Below are positions 1 through 9,444 of a DNA stretch of 64,000 nt, one piece after another. The translations under genes were made by a program, and so were the position numbers. Numbering within the stretch: the stretch's first letter is position 1; every line of letters starts with the position of its first letter. A model generated the notes under the pieces. It did no database searches. It was not told where the DNA came from and was given only the letters and a program-made list of their open reading frames with translations. Origin of the DNA: a virus (lineage: Duplodnaviria; Caudoviricetes); the IMG/VR virus record IMGVR_UViG_3300014204_000011, positions 1-64,000 of that record; one strand, written 5' to 3'.

Positions 1-118
1 ACTCAATCTTTGTAAGACCTGTAAATATATTAATTGTTTTATGCGAGGTATGCTCAGTAGAACCATTATATGCCAGAAAGAAATTGATATGGAAAATAAT
101 TAACATGGAGGGCGAGAG

Positions 119-295
119 ATGAATGAATTAATAAAGGCGTATAAGGCATATATTAAATTTCTTGGAAAAGATATCTCAGATAACGCAATATATTTAATGA
201 TACACGGAATGAGTCCCTCACCTGAAAAGATTAAAAAAGGGTCAGATTTAAGAAGAAAGATTGCTGATCTTGAAAAGAAGTTTAATATTACTTAA
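119..295 (+). CDS. small hypothetical protein (58 aa)
   Basis: GGAGGGCGAGAG RBS then ATG at 119; open to TAA at 293-295; below the ORF-track cutoff. Confidence 0.75.
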   Translation: MNELIKAYKAYIKFLGKDISDNAIYLMIHGMSPSPEKIKKGSDLRRKIADLEKKFNIT

Positions 296-311
296 ACCAA
301 AGGAGGACGAG

Positions 312-491
312 ATGACAGAACTTTCGGCGAGAGAACAAAAAGTATATAGCGATGGGAAAGATTATAGTCATTTAGAAGTTAATAGCTTTAATTACCCAGA
401 ACACGAAGAATGTGTATGTTGCGGAAGCACTGAAGTTACTATAACAGATGATGCAGATATTTGCCATGAATGTGGCTATGTTTATACTTAA
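312..491 (+). CDS. small Zn-ribbon protein (59 aa)
   Basis: GGAGG RBS before ATG 312; CVCCG...CHECG cysteine pairs. Confidence 0.75.
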   Translation: MTELSAREQKVYSDGKDYSHLEVNSFNYPEHEECVCCGSTEVTITDDADICHECGYVYT

Positions 492-509
492 CCCGAAGGA
501 GGGCGAGAG

Positions 510-686
510 ATGAGTTATTATAAATATCTAAACAGCGGTGAAACAATCTTGGAGGGGGACGAAGTTGATATGTGTAATGATGGATGGAAGGAAGAACCTA
601 AATGGGTCAGAGCTACTTGTATAGGAGAGAAAGCACCTGACCCACAATACCCATCGCATAGACAATATAGACGCCTAATTACTTAA
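510..686 (+). CDS. small hypothetical protein (58 aa)
   Basis: GGAGGGCGAGAG RBS, ATG 510, TAA 684-686. Confidence 0.75.
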   Translation: MSYYKYLNSGETILEGDEVDMCNDGWKEEPKWVRATCIGEKAPDPQYPSHRQYRRLIT

Positions 687-818
687 ACCACATTTTGTAA
701 GGTAGGTAATTTCGCAAAAGTGCTGTCCTTAACCCGTATAAGCGTCACAATTGACGGAGACAGGCTTTAAGAAAAGCAAAATGAGGGGATTTGTTTAAAA
801 AAATAAAGTCATGGAGAA

Positions 819-1142
819 TTGATTATGTTAAGAGCTAGAATTGTAAAAGATAAACAAGAAGACTTCTTTAAAGAATTTATTATTGAATGTGAAAGGCAAC
901 TTATAATTACAGATACATTCACGGAAAAAATGTTTTTTGATATATATCACAAAGATCCTGCTTTCCATAGTTTAGTTACATGGTATTCTAATGTTGAGCA
1001 AAATTTAACCCATAATGAGCGTATAATTTTCTTTTCATGTTTCAAGGTTTTATGCTTAAAATGTATGTATGAATATTTTCCGGATATTCACCCGAACAAT
1101 ATATTGAAAAATATAAAAATAGATTGTAATATAAAAATTTAA
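819..1142 (+). CDS. hypothetical protein
   Basis: ORF track; GGAG upstream. Confidence 0.6.
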   Translation: MIMLRARIVKDKQEDFFKEFIIECERQLIITDTFTEKMFFDIYHKDPAFHSLVTWYSNVEQNLTHNERIIFFSCFKVLCLKCMYEYFPDIHPNNILKNIKIDCNIKI

Positions 1143-1162
1143 ACCGTGGAGGATTGATTGTA

Positions 1163-1258
1163 ATGAGTGAAATAAAATGTCCTTATTGTGGCAAAACCGC
1201 AATAGTCGGTTCTTGTGGCTCTTTTTGGTGTTCTCATTGCAAAACCGGAAGATGGTAA
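1163..1258 (+). CDS. 31-aa Zn-ribbon peptide
   Basis: GGAGG RBS; MSEIKCPYCGKTAIVGSCGSFWCSHCKTGRW has two CxxC pairs. Confidence 0.65.
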   Translation: MSEIKCPYCGKTAIVGSCGSFWCSHCKTGRW

Positions 1259-1287
1259 AATTACAAAATAAAAAAAGGAGAAAAGTT

Positions 1288-1560
1288 ATGGAATATTGTA
1301 GTAAATGTGGAGTGCAAATTAAAACCACTAGTCATGTTTGTGATTTTAGTAAAGATCAATGGCAGGGTAATTGGCATGGTGGACAGCAGACTAGTGGTTA
1401 CATATCTCCGGTCATTCCGACAATAAGAGATTTATTTGCTATATCAGCAATGCAGGGAATACTCTCTACGGGTGATAGTTTATATTGTTTTGGAGAAGAA
1501 GAATTAGCGGAACAATGTTATAAATACGCTAATGCAATGATGGCACAAAGAGACAAGTAA
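1288..1560 (+). CDS. phage hypothetical protein with a RDLFA..AMQG-type motif
   Basis: AGGAG RBS before ATG 1288; TIRDLFAISAMQGILS...YANAMMAQR resembles a common small phage family. Confidence 0.7.
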   Translation: MEYCSKCGVQIKTTSHVCDFSKDQWQGNWHGGQQTSGYISPVIPTIRDLFAISAMQGILSTGDSLYCFGEEELAEQCYKYANAMMAQRDK

Positions 1561-1561
1561 T

Positions 1562-2246
1562 ATGCCAGAAATAAATTATAGATCAATTTTAGAAACTATC
1601 TGGCTGCATTATGGTAATAAATTAAATGATTGGGAAACTAATTTTATTGATAATCTTATGAGCTGGACAGGCAATTTTAGTGAATCTCAAAAAGAGAATA
1701 TTATAAAGCTTAATAGGAAATATGTGGTGAAGAGGTAATTATGAAAAAAGTTATGAAAAAAGAAAACCAGGCTTTGATAACTGAAGTTGATACAATTATT
1801 AAATCTCTCGAAAGAAGACTGTATAATAATAAATATAATCTGAGACAGCTTGCTGAAGATAACAGAGTTATTAAAAGAGAATTATCAACTTGTATCAGGC
1901 TTAAAAATTTAATAAAAAAGGAAGAGGTATAGAAATGACGCTTGATGAAATGAAAGAAGAAATTAAAAAAATAGAATATGAATCAAGTTTGCTAATTAAA
2001 AAAGTTCAAAAACAATATGCAATGTCAAATAATCCCTACAAACTTGGAGATATAATTGAGGATCATCTGTGTAAAATAAAAATAGAGAATATAAAATATG
2101 CTGTCCTTTATGGTATTCCAAGCAGTGTTTATTACGGAACTTTAATTCAGAAAAACGGCAAACCTTTTAAAAATAATAAACAGGACTGTATTTATCAAAC
2201 TAATATAAAAAAAGAGATTGCCGATGATCATAACCAGGAAAAGTAA
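1562..2246 (+). CDS. three small hypothetical ORFs (1562-1738, 1741-1932, 1935-2246)
   Basis: tightly packed co-oriented ORFs with GAGG RBS. Confidence 0.65.
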
Positions 2247-2541
2247 ATACGGCACTCACCAGATCGTCATTGATGACGCTGATTTTGAGCTGATTAAAAG
2301 CTATGGTCTTTACGTTGTTTATCACAGTGCTTCAAAAAACTTCTGCGCAAAGCTATATCGGACTGAGGGCAATCGGCAAGTTCATATTTACCTGCATAGG
2401 TTCTTACTAAAATGCGAAAAGAAAGATGTGGTTAAGCACTTGAATGGCAACACTTTAGATTGTCAAAGACATAATATAGTAAAGCAGACGCAAGCTGATA
2501 AGATGAAGTATGCAAGGAATTATTGGAAGGAGAAAGAATGA
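2218..2541 (+). CDS. HNH endonuclease-like protein, possibly degenerate
   Basis: YLHRFLL...VKHLNGNTLDCQRHNI matches the phage HNH pattern vdHiNgntLDnRrxNL. Confidence 0.65.
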   Translation: MPMIITRKSKYGTHQIVIDDADFELIKSYGLYVVYHSASKNFCAKLYRTEGNRQVHIYLHRFLLKCEKKDVVKHLNGNTLDCQRHNIVKQTQADKMKYARNYWKEKE

Positions 2542-4142
2542 GCGTTCATAACAAGAAAAAAGCCTGTCTAAGGCAATGGCAGATTCAAAAACGAAGTGGT
2601 AAACACTGTCTTGTAGGTGAAATTGTTAGTCATCCCAGACTTATAGAGGGTGAGACAACTATAAGTACTCCTCTTTTATTCGTATGTTTTAAGACCATGA
2701 CGGCTGAGACTGAAGATCTGGTTTATGAGCTGATATAAGGAGAAAGAGAGTTATGAAAGAAATAAAATTTGAAAAAACAACAAAATTTTTCAGAGATCTT
2801 AGAGATAAAAATCTTAAAATAACAAAAAGAAATGGCTATTACCTTTATGGTAAACCTGAAGAAGTTGTTCGTAAAAATATTCTTATCGGGGGAGATTGGA
2901 TTTATATTCCTGATATAATAAAAGTTGAAATAGAGGATGATAAAATATGAGTGCGAAAAAGAAAAAGGAAAGTAAAAAAGAGCGCAAGAAAAGATGTGAT
3001 CTGAGCTGGACAAAGCAAAGAGGTGCGAATATGCAGAAAGCAAGAAAAAGAAATCCCGTAAGAATGCCGGAGAGTTGGGAAGAAGCGGAGAAGATGGGGA
3101 TATTGAAATAAAAAGTAAAAAAATTTTACTTTTTATTCTTGACAAACCCTAATGATTAAGTAATATGGATTTAAATAAAAGTTGGGGAGTTTATCTATGA
3201 AAAATTATAAAGATGAAATTCAAAAAATACACAATGATCATGCTCTAAAGCTAGATAAAATTATAGATAATGCTGTAGATCAAACTTTCAAAGAAATGAA
3301 TATAGCGTTTACTGTTTTTATTGTAGTATTATCAATTATTATAATTCCAATATTTTTATAAAATAAAACAGGAGAAAATCTATGTCAAACCAATTCAGAG
3401 AGTACAAACAGCCTGATCCTTATAGCTTCGGTACTACGGCAAGACTTCAGCAGCAGATCAGAGCTGAAAAAGAAGAATTTAAGACAGAAGAATTAAAAAA
3501 AGAAGCGGAAAATAAGTAAAGAGCCGATAATAAAATAAAAAGGAGAGTTTTATGGAAGGTGAAAAGCTTTATAGAGAAAATGACTGCAGTTTTACATGTA
3601 AGTGCTGTGGCAGAGAAACTACGATAGGATTTAACATACTTCAGGAACAGTCTTTTGAAAAATTTAAAGACGAATGTGTTGAACAATCTACTTGCGGTAA
3701 ATGCCTGGTCAGGAACAGAATAAACGTAATGACTGACTATGATCCGGTTTTACTTGAAACGGCAAAAAATATGATATGCGTGGGTGTGATATGAATCAAA
3801 GCGATAAAGAAATCATATTAGAGTCACAGCTTGAAGTCGCTATGGAAATAATAGATAATCTTAAAAATTGTGCTAATTGTGTCAATTATAGAGAAAAACC
3901 ATGTCAATTAATTGATCCTCAAAAAGTATGTTCTAAGCATGAGTGGGATAAAATGGAACGCATGGAGCGAAGCTATGATTAGAAACGTCTTAGCTGCAAT
4001 ATGGGGGTTTTCTATTTGTTTCTTTCTTATGTATGATGAAAAACCCTCTTTATTTTTAGCTTTTATAGTCATAGTTATTACAATTCTATTTATAGCTTCT
4101 TTAACTTTTAAAGAATATTTAAAAAGAAAAATAATACCATGA
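2538..4142 (+). CDS. run of small hypothetical ORFs (2538-2738, 2753-2950, 3197-3361, 3552-3794 Cys-rich, 3791-3982, membrane ORF ending 4142)
   Basis: co-oriented ORFs with AGGAG RBS and ATGA-type overlaps. Confidence 0.55.
3139..3166 (+). promoter_or_regulatory. sigma70-type promoter
   Basis: TTGACA-N16-TAATAT in an intergenic gap. Confidence 0.6.
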
Positions 4143-4585
4143 AAGGAATTCCTAAAACTATAAATGGCATGAGAACATGTTCAGTTCCAGAATGCGGAAA
4201 AACATATCCGGCGACTACTGAATATTTTCATCGTGCACATGTTAAATCTAAAAATGGAAATATAATCTGGAAAGGTTTAAGACCCGAATGCAAGTTTTGT
4301 CGTAATAAAAAGAGAAGAGAGAAACTTTCTCTTAAAAAAAGATACTGTCCAGAGCCAAATTGTAGTAGAGAACTTGAAAAAGGGCAACATTTTTGTAGTG
4401 AATGCGCTCAAATAAGAAGAGATCTTTCAAATATTACTTCCGGACATACTCATGATCAAAAACCGGAACGCATAGAATCAAAATCAAAATATCATAGAAA
4501 ATATTATAAAGATCATAAAAAAGAAATTACAGCATATAATAAAGAATATCGTAAAAAAAATAAAAAAAAGGAGATAAAACAATGA
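4139..4585 (+). CDS. multi-Zn-finger basic protein
   Basis: CSVPEC, CKFC, CPEPNC and CSEC motifs; K/R-rich tail. Confidence 0.6.
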   Translation: MKGIPKTINGMRTCSVPECGKTYPATTEYFHRAHVKSKNGNIIWKGLRPECKFCRNKKRREKLSLKKRYCPEPNCSRELEKGQHFCSECAQIRRDLSNITSGHTHDQKPERIESKSKYHRKYYKDHKKEITAYNKEYRKKNKKKEIKQ

Positions 4586-4627
4586 ATCTTTTCACAGTTT
4601 TTATAATAGTATTGGTAATATCATATA

Positions 4628-5682
4628 TTGCTGATAAACAAGGGTATAAAAGGGGTTATCGAGATGGATATAACAGTAGAAATAATTAAAATATCAATTA
4701 CAGTATTGCTTGCTGCTCTTTTCTTTATAACTCTTCCTGGACTTGTAAATCAAAAAAGATATGATAAAGATGAAGAAAAATGTAAAAATTGTTCTATAAG
4801 TAATGGAACATGGTATGAATACTGTAATGGATGTAAAAAAGATAATTTTAAAGGTTTTAAGGAGAAATTATGAAACTAATTCATTGGCTCACGGATATGT
4901 TTAAAAAACGGCATGATTTAAAGCTAGCTATTATTGAAAGAGAGCGAACACAGGCTTGCAAAGACAGACTCATGTTACTCCGTCAATATGAAAGAGATAT
5001 AAAAAAGCATGATGCAGATTTAAGAAAAGAATTTGAAAATGAATTAAAAGAAAAAATGGAATCAAAACAAGATGAGATTGATAATTTAAAAAATTTAATT
5101 CGTTACATAAAAAATAGCGGTGAGAATATTCAAATATTAAGCAATGAATTTGAAATGGAACTTAGAAGTTTATTGCTTATGCTTGGTCGTATGCAAAATA
5201 GATTTGGAAATATTGAAGACAGAGCATTCAGGGAAACTAAAAAGATTGAAAAGAAAGTTGATAAATTTATTCAAGTGGAAGATATATGAGCGACCAATAT
5301 TTTAAAGATAAAGCAGATGAAATTTTTAAATTAGTAGAAATGAATATTAATTTCGAGGATATTTATAAAGCCATTTATATAGGACTTAAAGAAGTTGCTC
5401 GTGATCAAAGATATGCTTGTATTGATGCTGTTAGAAATTATCCGCATACAGATGCAGTTAGCAATCTACAAGGATTAATTCAAAATGCTAATATTGAGGT
5501 AAAAAATGAATTTAAAACCAATTCCATATAATGATTTAACTAATTTTATAAATAAAAGCGCAGAACATAAAAGATATATGGAATTTATGACAGAATTAGT
5601 TTGTGAGACTATGGGATTAAGTCCAGATGATTTAAAATCTAAAACTCCAGGATATACTATTAAATTAAAGGATAAATCATGA
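4628..5682 (+). CDS. four hypothetical ORFs (4628-4873 membrane/Cys-rich, 4870-5289 coiled coil, 5286-5531, 5506-5682)
   Basis: ORF track plus manual translation; overlapping start/stop codons. Confidence 0.55.
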
Positions 5683-6548
5683 CTAAAAAAAAGATCAATA
5701 TATTACCGGCAATAATAAAAGAACCAGAAAAAAATAATCTGGTTCTTGCTGTTGATAGGCTTAAAAGCATAAGTCCGGAAACTAAAAAAACTTATAAATT
5801 CGCTATGAAAAGCTATGATAATTATTGTAAATCAAAAGGTGTTGTTGCGGATCTTGACAGTTTAATGGCCTGGCTTGAAAGCGTAGATGCCAGCACTACA
5901 CAAATGACTTATATAGCAGCGGTTAAAAAGATATTTTCCGAGATTTATCGAAATGATCCTAGATTACCGGATTTAAAAGCTAGTTTGGAAGAGATAAGAC
6001 CGGTTAAAAGAGATATGACGATAACCTCATCAAAATATCTGACTAAAAAAGAAATAGATGAACTAGTTAAAATCAGCCCTCCCAGATTATCTCTTATGAT
6101 CGAAACCATGTTTATTACAGCTCTTCGTATATCTGAATTATTAAATCTTAGGCATGATCACATGACTGAGGTAAAAGACGGTAAAAAAACTTATTATGAA
6201 ATGAGAATTGTGGGTAAGAGAAATAAGGAAAATACGGTTTATATAAGCTCAGAGCTTTACAAGAGAATAAACAAAGTTTTCAACAGTAAAATCTTTTTAT
6301 TTGAACATAATGGCAGGCAATATCGGAGAGAATTTATCACAATGGAGATTAAGCGTTTTGGTAAACTCCTGGGTAAAAATATCAGTGCCCATAAAATTCG
6401 ACACTCACGGGCCATGAATCTTGCCGAAAGAGGGGTAAGTCTGGATAAAATAAGTAAATTCCTTTGCCATGCCAGTATAGGAACTACGGCTGGGTTTTAC
6501 CTGCATTCTAAACCTTCTTTAGATGAGTTAAATATATATAAAAAGTAG
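5679..6548 (+). CDS. tyrosine recombinase (XerC/D-like)
   Basis: LRISELL (catalytic R), HKIRHS (HxxR), FLCHASIGTTAGFY (His and Tyr nucleophile); 289 aa. Confidence 0.92.
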   Translation: MTKKKINILPAIIKEPEKNNLVLAVDRLKSISPETKKTYKFAMKSYDNYCKSKGVVADLDSLMAWLESVDASTTQMTYIAAVKKIFSEIYRNDPRLPDLKASLEEIRPVKRDMTITSSKYLTKKEIDELVKISPPRLSLMIETMFITALRISELLNLRHDHMTEVKDGKKTYYEMRIVGKRNKENTVYISSELYKRINKVFNSKIFLFEHNGRQYRREFITMEIKRFGKLLGKNISAHKIRHSRAMNLAERGVSLDKISKFLCHASIGTTAGFYLHSKPSLDELNIYKK

Positions 6549-6565
6549 TTATCAAATCTGATAAC
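6548..6565. promoter_or_regulatory. palindromic operator-like site, copy 1
   Basis: GTTATCA-AATC-TGATAAC; the same 16-bp core recurs at 28548-28563. Confidence 0.55.
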
Positions 6566-6602
6566 GTGAGAAAAAAAGTTTACAAAAAGGAGAAAAGTTA
6601 AA

Positions 6603-6773
6603 ATGAATATAAAACCAATAGAATTAGGATTTAATTTTTATAAAAAATATAGATTTTTTAATTTTTCAATACTTAAAATTAATCATGAAAAAGATTTATT
6701 TGGTGTTTTTTATAATAATGGAACAGTCATATTAACTATATTTTTTAAAGAATTTGTATTCAAGCAAAAATAA
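6603..6773 (+). CDS. small hypothetical protein (56 aa)
   Basis: AGGAG RBS; ATG 6603 to TAA 6773. Confidence 0.55.
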   Translation: MNIKPIELGFNFYKKYRFFNFSILKINHEKDLFGVFYNNGTVILTIFFKEFVFKQK

Positions 6774-6781
6774 TAAAGTGC

Positions 6782-6809
6782 TTGACAGATATTGAATAAT
6801 ATTTATTAT
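6782..6809 (+). promoter_or_regulatory. sigma70-type promoter facing a terminator
   Basis: TTGACA-N16-TATTAT. Confidence 0.6.
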
Positions 6810-6853
6810 CAAGTAAACTTTTTTTCATTAACTTCTCCTATTTTATTTTGCGG

Positions 6854-6877
6854 AAAGCCTGGGAAACCAGGCTTTTT
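6854..6877 (+). terminator. intrinsic terminator
   Basis: AAAGCCTGG-GAAA-CCAGGCTTTTT, at the 3' end of the convergent Bro-N gene. Confidence 0.85.
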
Positions 6878-6887
6878 GTATTAATAT

Positions 6888-7499
6888 TTAAAAATTTCTT
6901 ACAATCCATTCCAAAGCTTTTTTCTTACTCATTAAATAATTATTTAATTGTCTAAAATCATTATTTTTAGATATTTCACTTATAGTCCAGTTGCCATTAT
7001 ACCCCCTAATGGAAAATTTTAAATCCTTATAATCAACAACAATAAACTGATCCCCTTCTTCTATTATTTCAAATTCATCTTTTATATCATATAGTTTATT
7101 AGTCTTGCCATATATATATTTTTTTGATTCAATAGTTTTAAGAACTTTACGAGCGACTTCATTTGTTATTTTTTCAAAACTTTTATCATCAACTTGTAAT
7201 GCTCTTATTACCGGAATAATTTTACATATAACCCATTTCTTAAAAGCTTTAGAATTAGGTTTGTCAGATCTTATAATTAAATTATAAAGACCTGATTCGT
7301 TAATAATATATACTGCCCCAGATAAACCTCCCATGTTAAATATAGTCACTTCATCATCATCAAGCATTGCTATTGCTTTTGATACATCCGATAATTCCAG
7401 AATATCACACACATCTTTTGCGACCCAGAAAACCTCTCCATTAACCTCTACTGTTCGCAATTCTTTTGATTCATAATTAAAAATCTGTAATTCTTGCAT
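6888..7499 (-). CDS. Bro-N domain antirepressor-like protein
   Basis: MQELQIFNYESKELRTVEVNGEVFWVAKDVCDILEL...INESGLYNLIIRSDKPNSKAFKKWV. Confidence 0.92.
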   Translation of the reverse strand: MQELQIFNYESKELRTVEVNGEVFWVAKDVCDILELSDVSKAIAMLDDDEVTIFNMGGLSGAVYIINESGLYNLIIRSDKPNSKAFKKWVICKIIPVIRALQVDDKSFEKITNEVARKVLKTIESKKYIYGKTNKLYDIKDEFEIIEEGDQFIVVDYKDLKFSIRGYNGNWTISEISKNNDFRQLNNYLMSKKKALEWIVRNF

Positions 7500-7520
7500 A
7501 TTTACACCATCCTTAAAATA

Positions 7521-7627
7521 AAAAAGGGATAAATTTCTGTCATCCTAGCCGATTAACAGAAAAATATCCCTTTTTAAGAGTTTTAAAGATTACTCACGTC
7601 CGGCTAGGTAGCGTCAATAATCTCTTT
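7521..7627 (-). promoter_or_regulatory. structured leader of the Bro-N gene (two hairpins with complementary loops)
   Basis: long stem 7521-7540/7556-7575; CCTAGCCG 7544-7551 is complementary to CGGCTAGG 7601-7608. Confidence 0.55.
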
Positions 7628-7702
7628 ACAAATACATAATAATTAAAATTTACATCATTCGTCAACAAAAATTTTGGATAAAAAGTTAAAAAATAGACTC
7701 TG

Positions 7703-8202
7703 ACCATATACTTAAACGATAAGTATATGGTAGTATTTAATCAGATTTTTTAAACATTATATACTGGTTTTAACACTAAAAATCAGTATATAGTTAGGTT
7801 GTAAATACAATTATAAAATTCTAAAATTCTAAAATATTTGTAAATTTAATTACATACTGGTTTTTAAAAAATAATCAGTATGTAAAAATAAGTATGTAAT
7901 CAGCTATTTTCATTACGAATTTGAATATACAAGAGCACTGAATACTGGATCTTATTCTTTATATATTTATATATTATCTATATATATGGATATTAATATT
8001 AATAATGTATAGTTATTTCAATTACATACTTTACATACTGACTTTTTAATAAAAAAAAACCAGATGTAATGACATAGTTCTTTTCTCTATATGCAATTAG
8101 TTTCATACTATACAAAAATATACATGTTTTTATATTTTATAAATATATATATAAAGAGGGGGTGTTATTTTTTGATTTTTTTTAAAAAAACCAGTATGTA
8201 AT
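7703..8202. repeat. AT-rich non-coding repeat field, putative replication origin or partition site
   Basis: about 10 copies of TA(C/T)ATACTG(G/A)TTTT-like motifs in both orientations; perfect 11-7-11 palindrome at 7703-7731. Confidence 0.7.
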
Positions 8203-8229
8203 CGTTTTTTGTTATTTTATATAAAATGA

Positions 8230-8257
8230 TTGACAAATATTATAATATATATAAAAT
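8230..8257 (+). promoter_or_regulatory. sigma70-type promoter
   Basis: TTGACA-N16-TAAAAT upstream of the AAGGAG RBS of ORF 8290. Confidence 0.75.
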
Positions 8258-8289
8258 GTTTTTATTAAAAATAATAAAGGAGTTAGATT

Positions 8290-8454
8290 ATGGCAGATGA
8301 AAAATTAAATCTAATGGTTAGGATTAAAAAAGATGATTATGATTTTTTTAATAAAATCCAAAAAGAGAATAAAGCTGAAGGTATAGCTGGAGCAAATGTA
8401 TTCAGTCAGTTTGTGCAAGCTTATAAAAAAGAACGAGGGATAGATAATGCTTAA
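8290..8454 (+). CDS. ribbon-helix-helix (CopG/Arc-like) DNA-binding protein, 54 aa
   Basis: MADEKLNLMVRIKKDDYDFFNKIQKENK...ANVFSQFVQAYKKE: beta-strand followed by two helices. Confidence 0.55.
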   Translation: MADEKLNLMVRIKKDDYDFFNKIQKENKAEGIAGANVFSQFVQAYKKERGIDNA

Positions 8455-9082
8455 AAGAGAAATGGATAATTATAAAACTGTTCACGATTTTATTAAAGGT
8501 AGTATTGATTATGGTGTACATATATGGACTTTTCCAATAGCTCCCGATACCGTGGGTAAGAAAACTGATAAGACAAGTGACGTGCTTGTAATTGTTAAAA
8601 ATAGAGTTTATCAACTTTATGTAACTTGTTGTGCTTCGCAAACTGAAAATGATGCGGAAAATTTATATAAAAAAAATGGTGATTCAAATCCTGAAGATTA
8701 TTTTTCTGTATTTGATGATTTGCTTGCTGATATTATTAAATTAAAAGATCCTATTGCTCAGATGAAAGTAAGGAAAAACTTTTTAATTCATGGTTGTTTA
8801 TTACCTATTGAAATTATGCTTATAAGGCAATATGTTTTTGCTGCCGATGAAAAGAAAATTGAAAAACAGGCAAGTAAAACGGATAAAGTATTTGAGTATA
8901 TTAAAAGTGCTGGAACTGAAGGTAGAACCGGAAATGAAATTACTCAGTTTATAAAAAATTATAAACCCGAACTCCGAAAAGAAGTTGTAGAGCTTCTTAC
9001 TGAAAACGAAGATATACGAATTGTCGAAACCGGCGAAGGTAGAAAAAAAACTACGGTTTATTTTTTTAATAGAGATAACTAA
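8447..9082 (+). CDS. protein with C-terminal winged helix, possibly replication-associated
   Basis: YIKSAGTEGRTGNEITQFIK...RKEVVELLTENEDI...GEGRKKTTVYF resembles the wHTH tails of phage primase-type proteins. Confidence 0.45.
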   Translation: MLKREMDNYKTVHDFIKGSIDYGVHIWTFPIAPDTVGKKTDKTSDVLVIVKNRVYQLYVTCCASQTENDAENLYKKNGDSNPEDYFSVFDDLLADIIKLKDPIAQMKVRKNFLIHGCLLPIEIMLIRQYVFAADEKKIEKQASKTDKVFEYIKSAGTEGRTGNEITQFIKNYKPELRKEVVELLTENEDIRIVETGEGRKKTTVYFFNRDN

Positions 9083-9444
9083 TGGTAGTATTGATGTTGC
9101 CAAAAGTAGAACTGCCAAGAATTAATGATAAGTTTAATAAAAATTTCAGTTTAAAACAAACCTATCGAAGTAAAAAAGAAAATCTTGTCCGAAGATTGAT
9201 TGATGATAATAAAGGACTTGAAAAAGTCAAACCACCATATCAGGTTGAAATAGAAATTGGAACTCATTATGATATAGACTCTTGTATTAAGCCCTTACTC
9301 GATTCTATGCAAGATGCAGAATTGATTGACAACGATAAGAATATACTTAAAATGATTATTGAAAAAGAAAAGGTAAAACGAAACGAAGATAATTGGATTA
9401 TTGTAACACTAATACATTATGAAAAAAGAAAAGGTATGAGATGA
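9082..9444 (+). CDS. rusA: RusA-like Holliday junction resolvase
   Basis: YDIDSCIKPLLDSMQDAELIDNDKNI matches the DxDNxxKxxxD...DD motif. Confidence 0.8.
   Translation: MVVLMLPKVELPRINDKFNKNFSLKQTYRSKKENLVRRLIDDNKGLEKVKPPYQVEIEIGTHYDIDSCIKPLLDSMQDAELIDNDKNILKMIIEKEKVKRNEDNWIIVTLIHYEKRKGMR

Noticed and set aside
95-690. Integron-like cassette array (ACTTAAC matches RYYYAAC)
   Set aside because: Junctions are only about 15-20 nt, with no attC hairpin or GTTRRRY partner.
5679-6548. Prophage integrase marking an att boundary
   Set aside because: It is coupled within a phage gene run with phage genes on both sides, and no host DNA or host tRNA att site is visible.
7703-8202. CRISPR array
   Set aside because: Repeats are short, degenerate, in both orientations and irregularly spaced; no cas genes.
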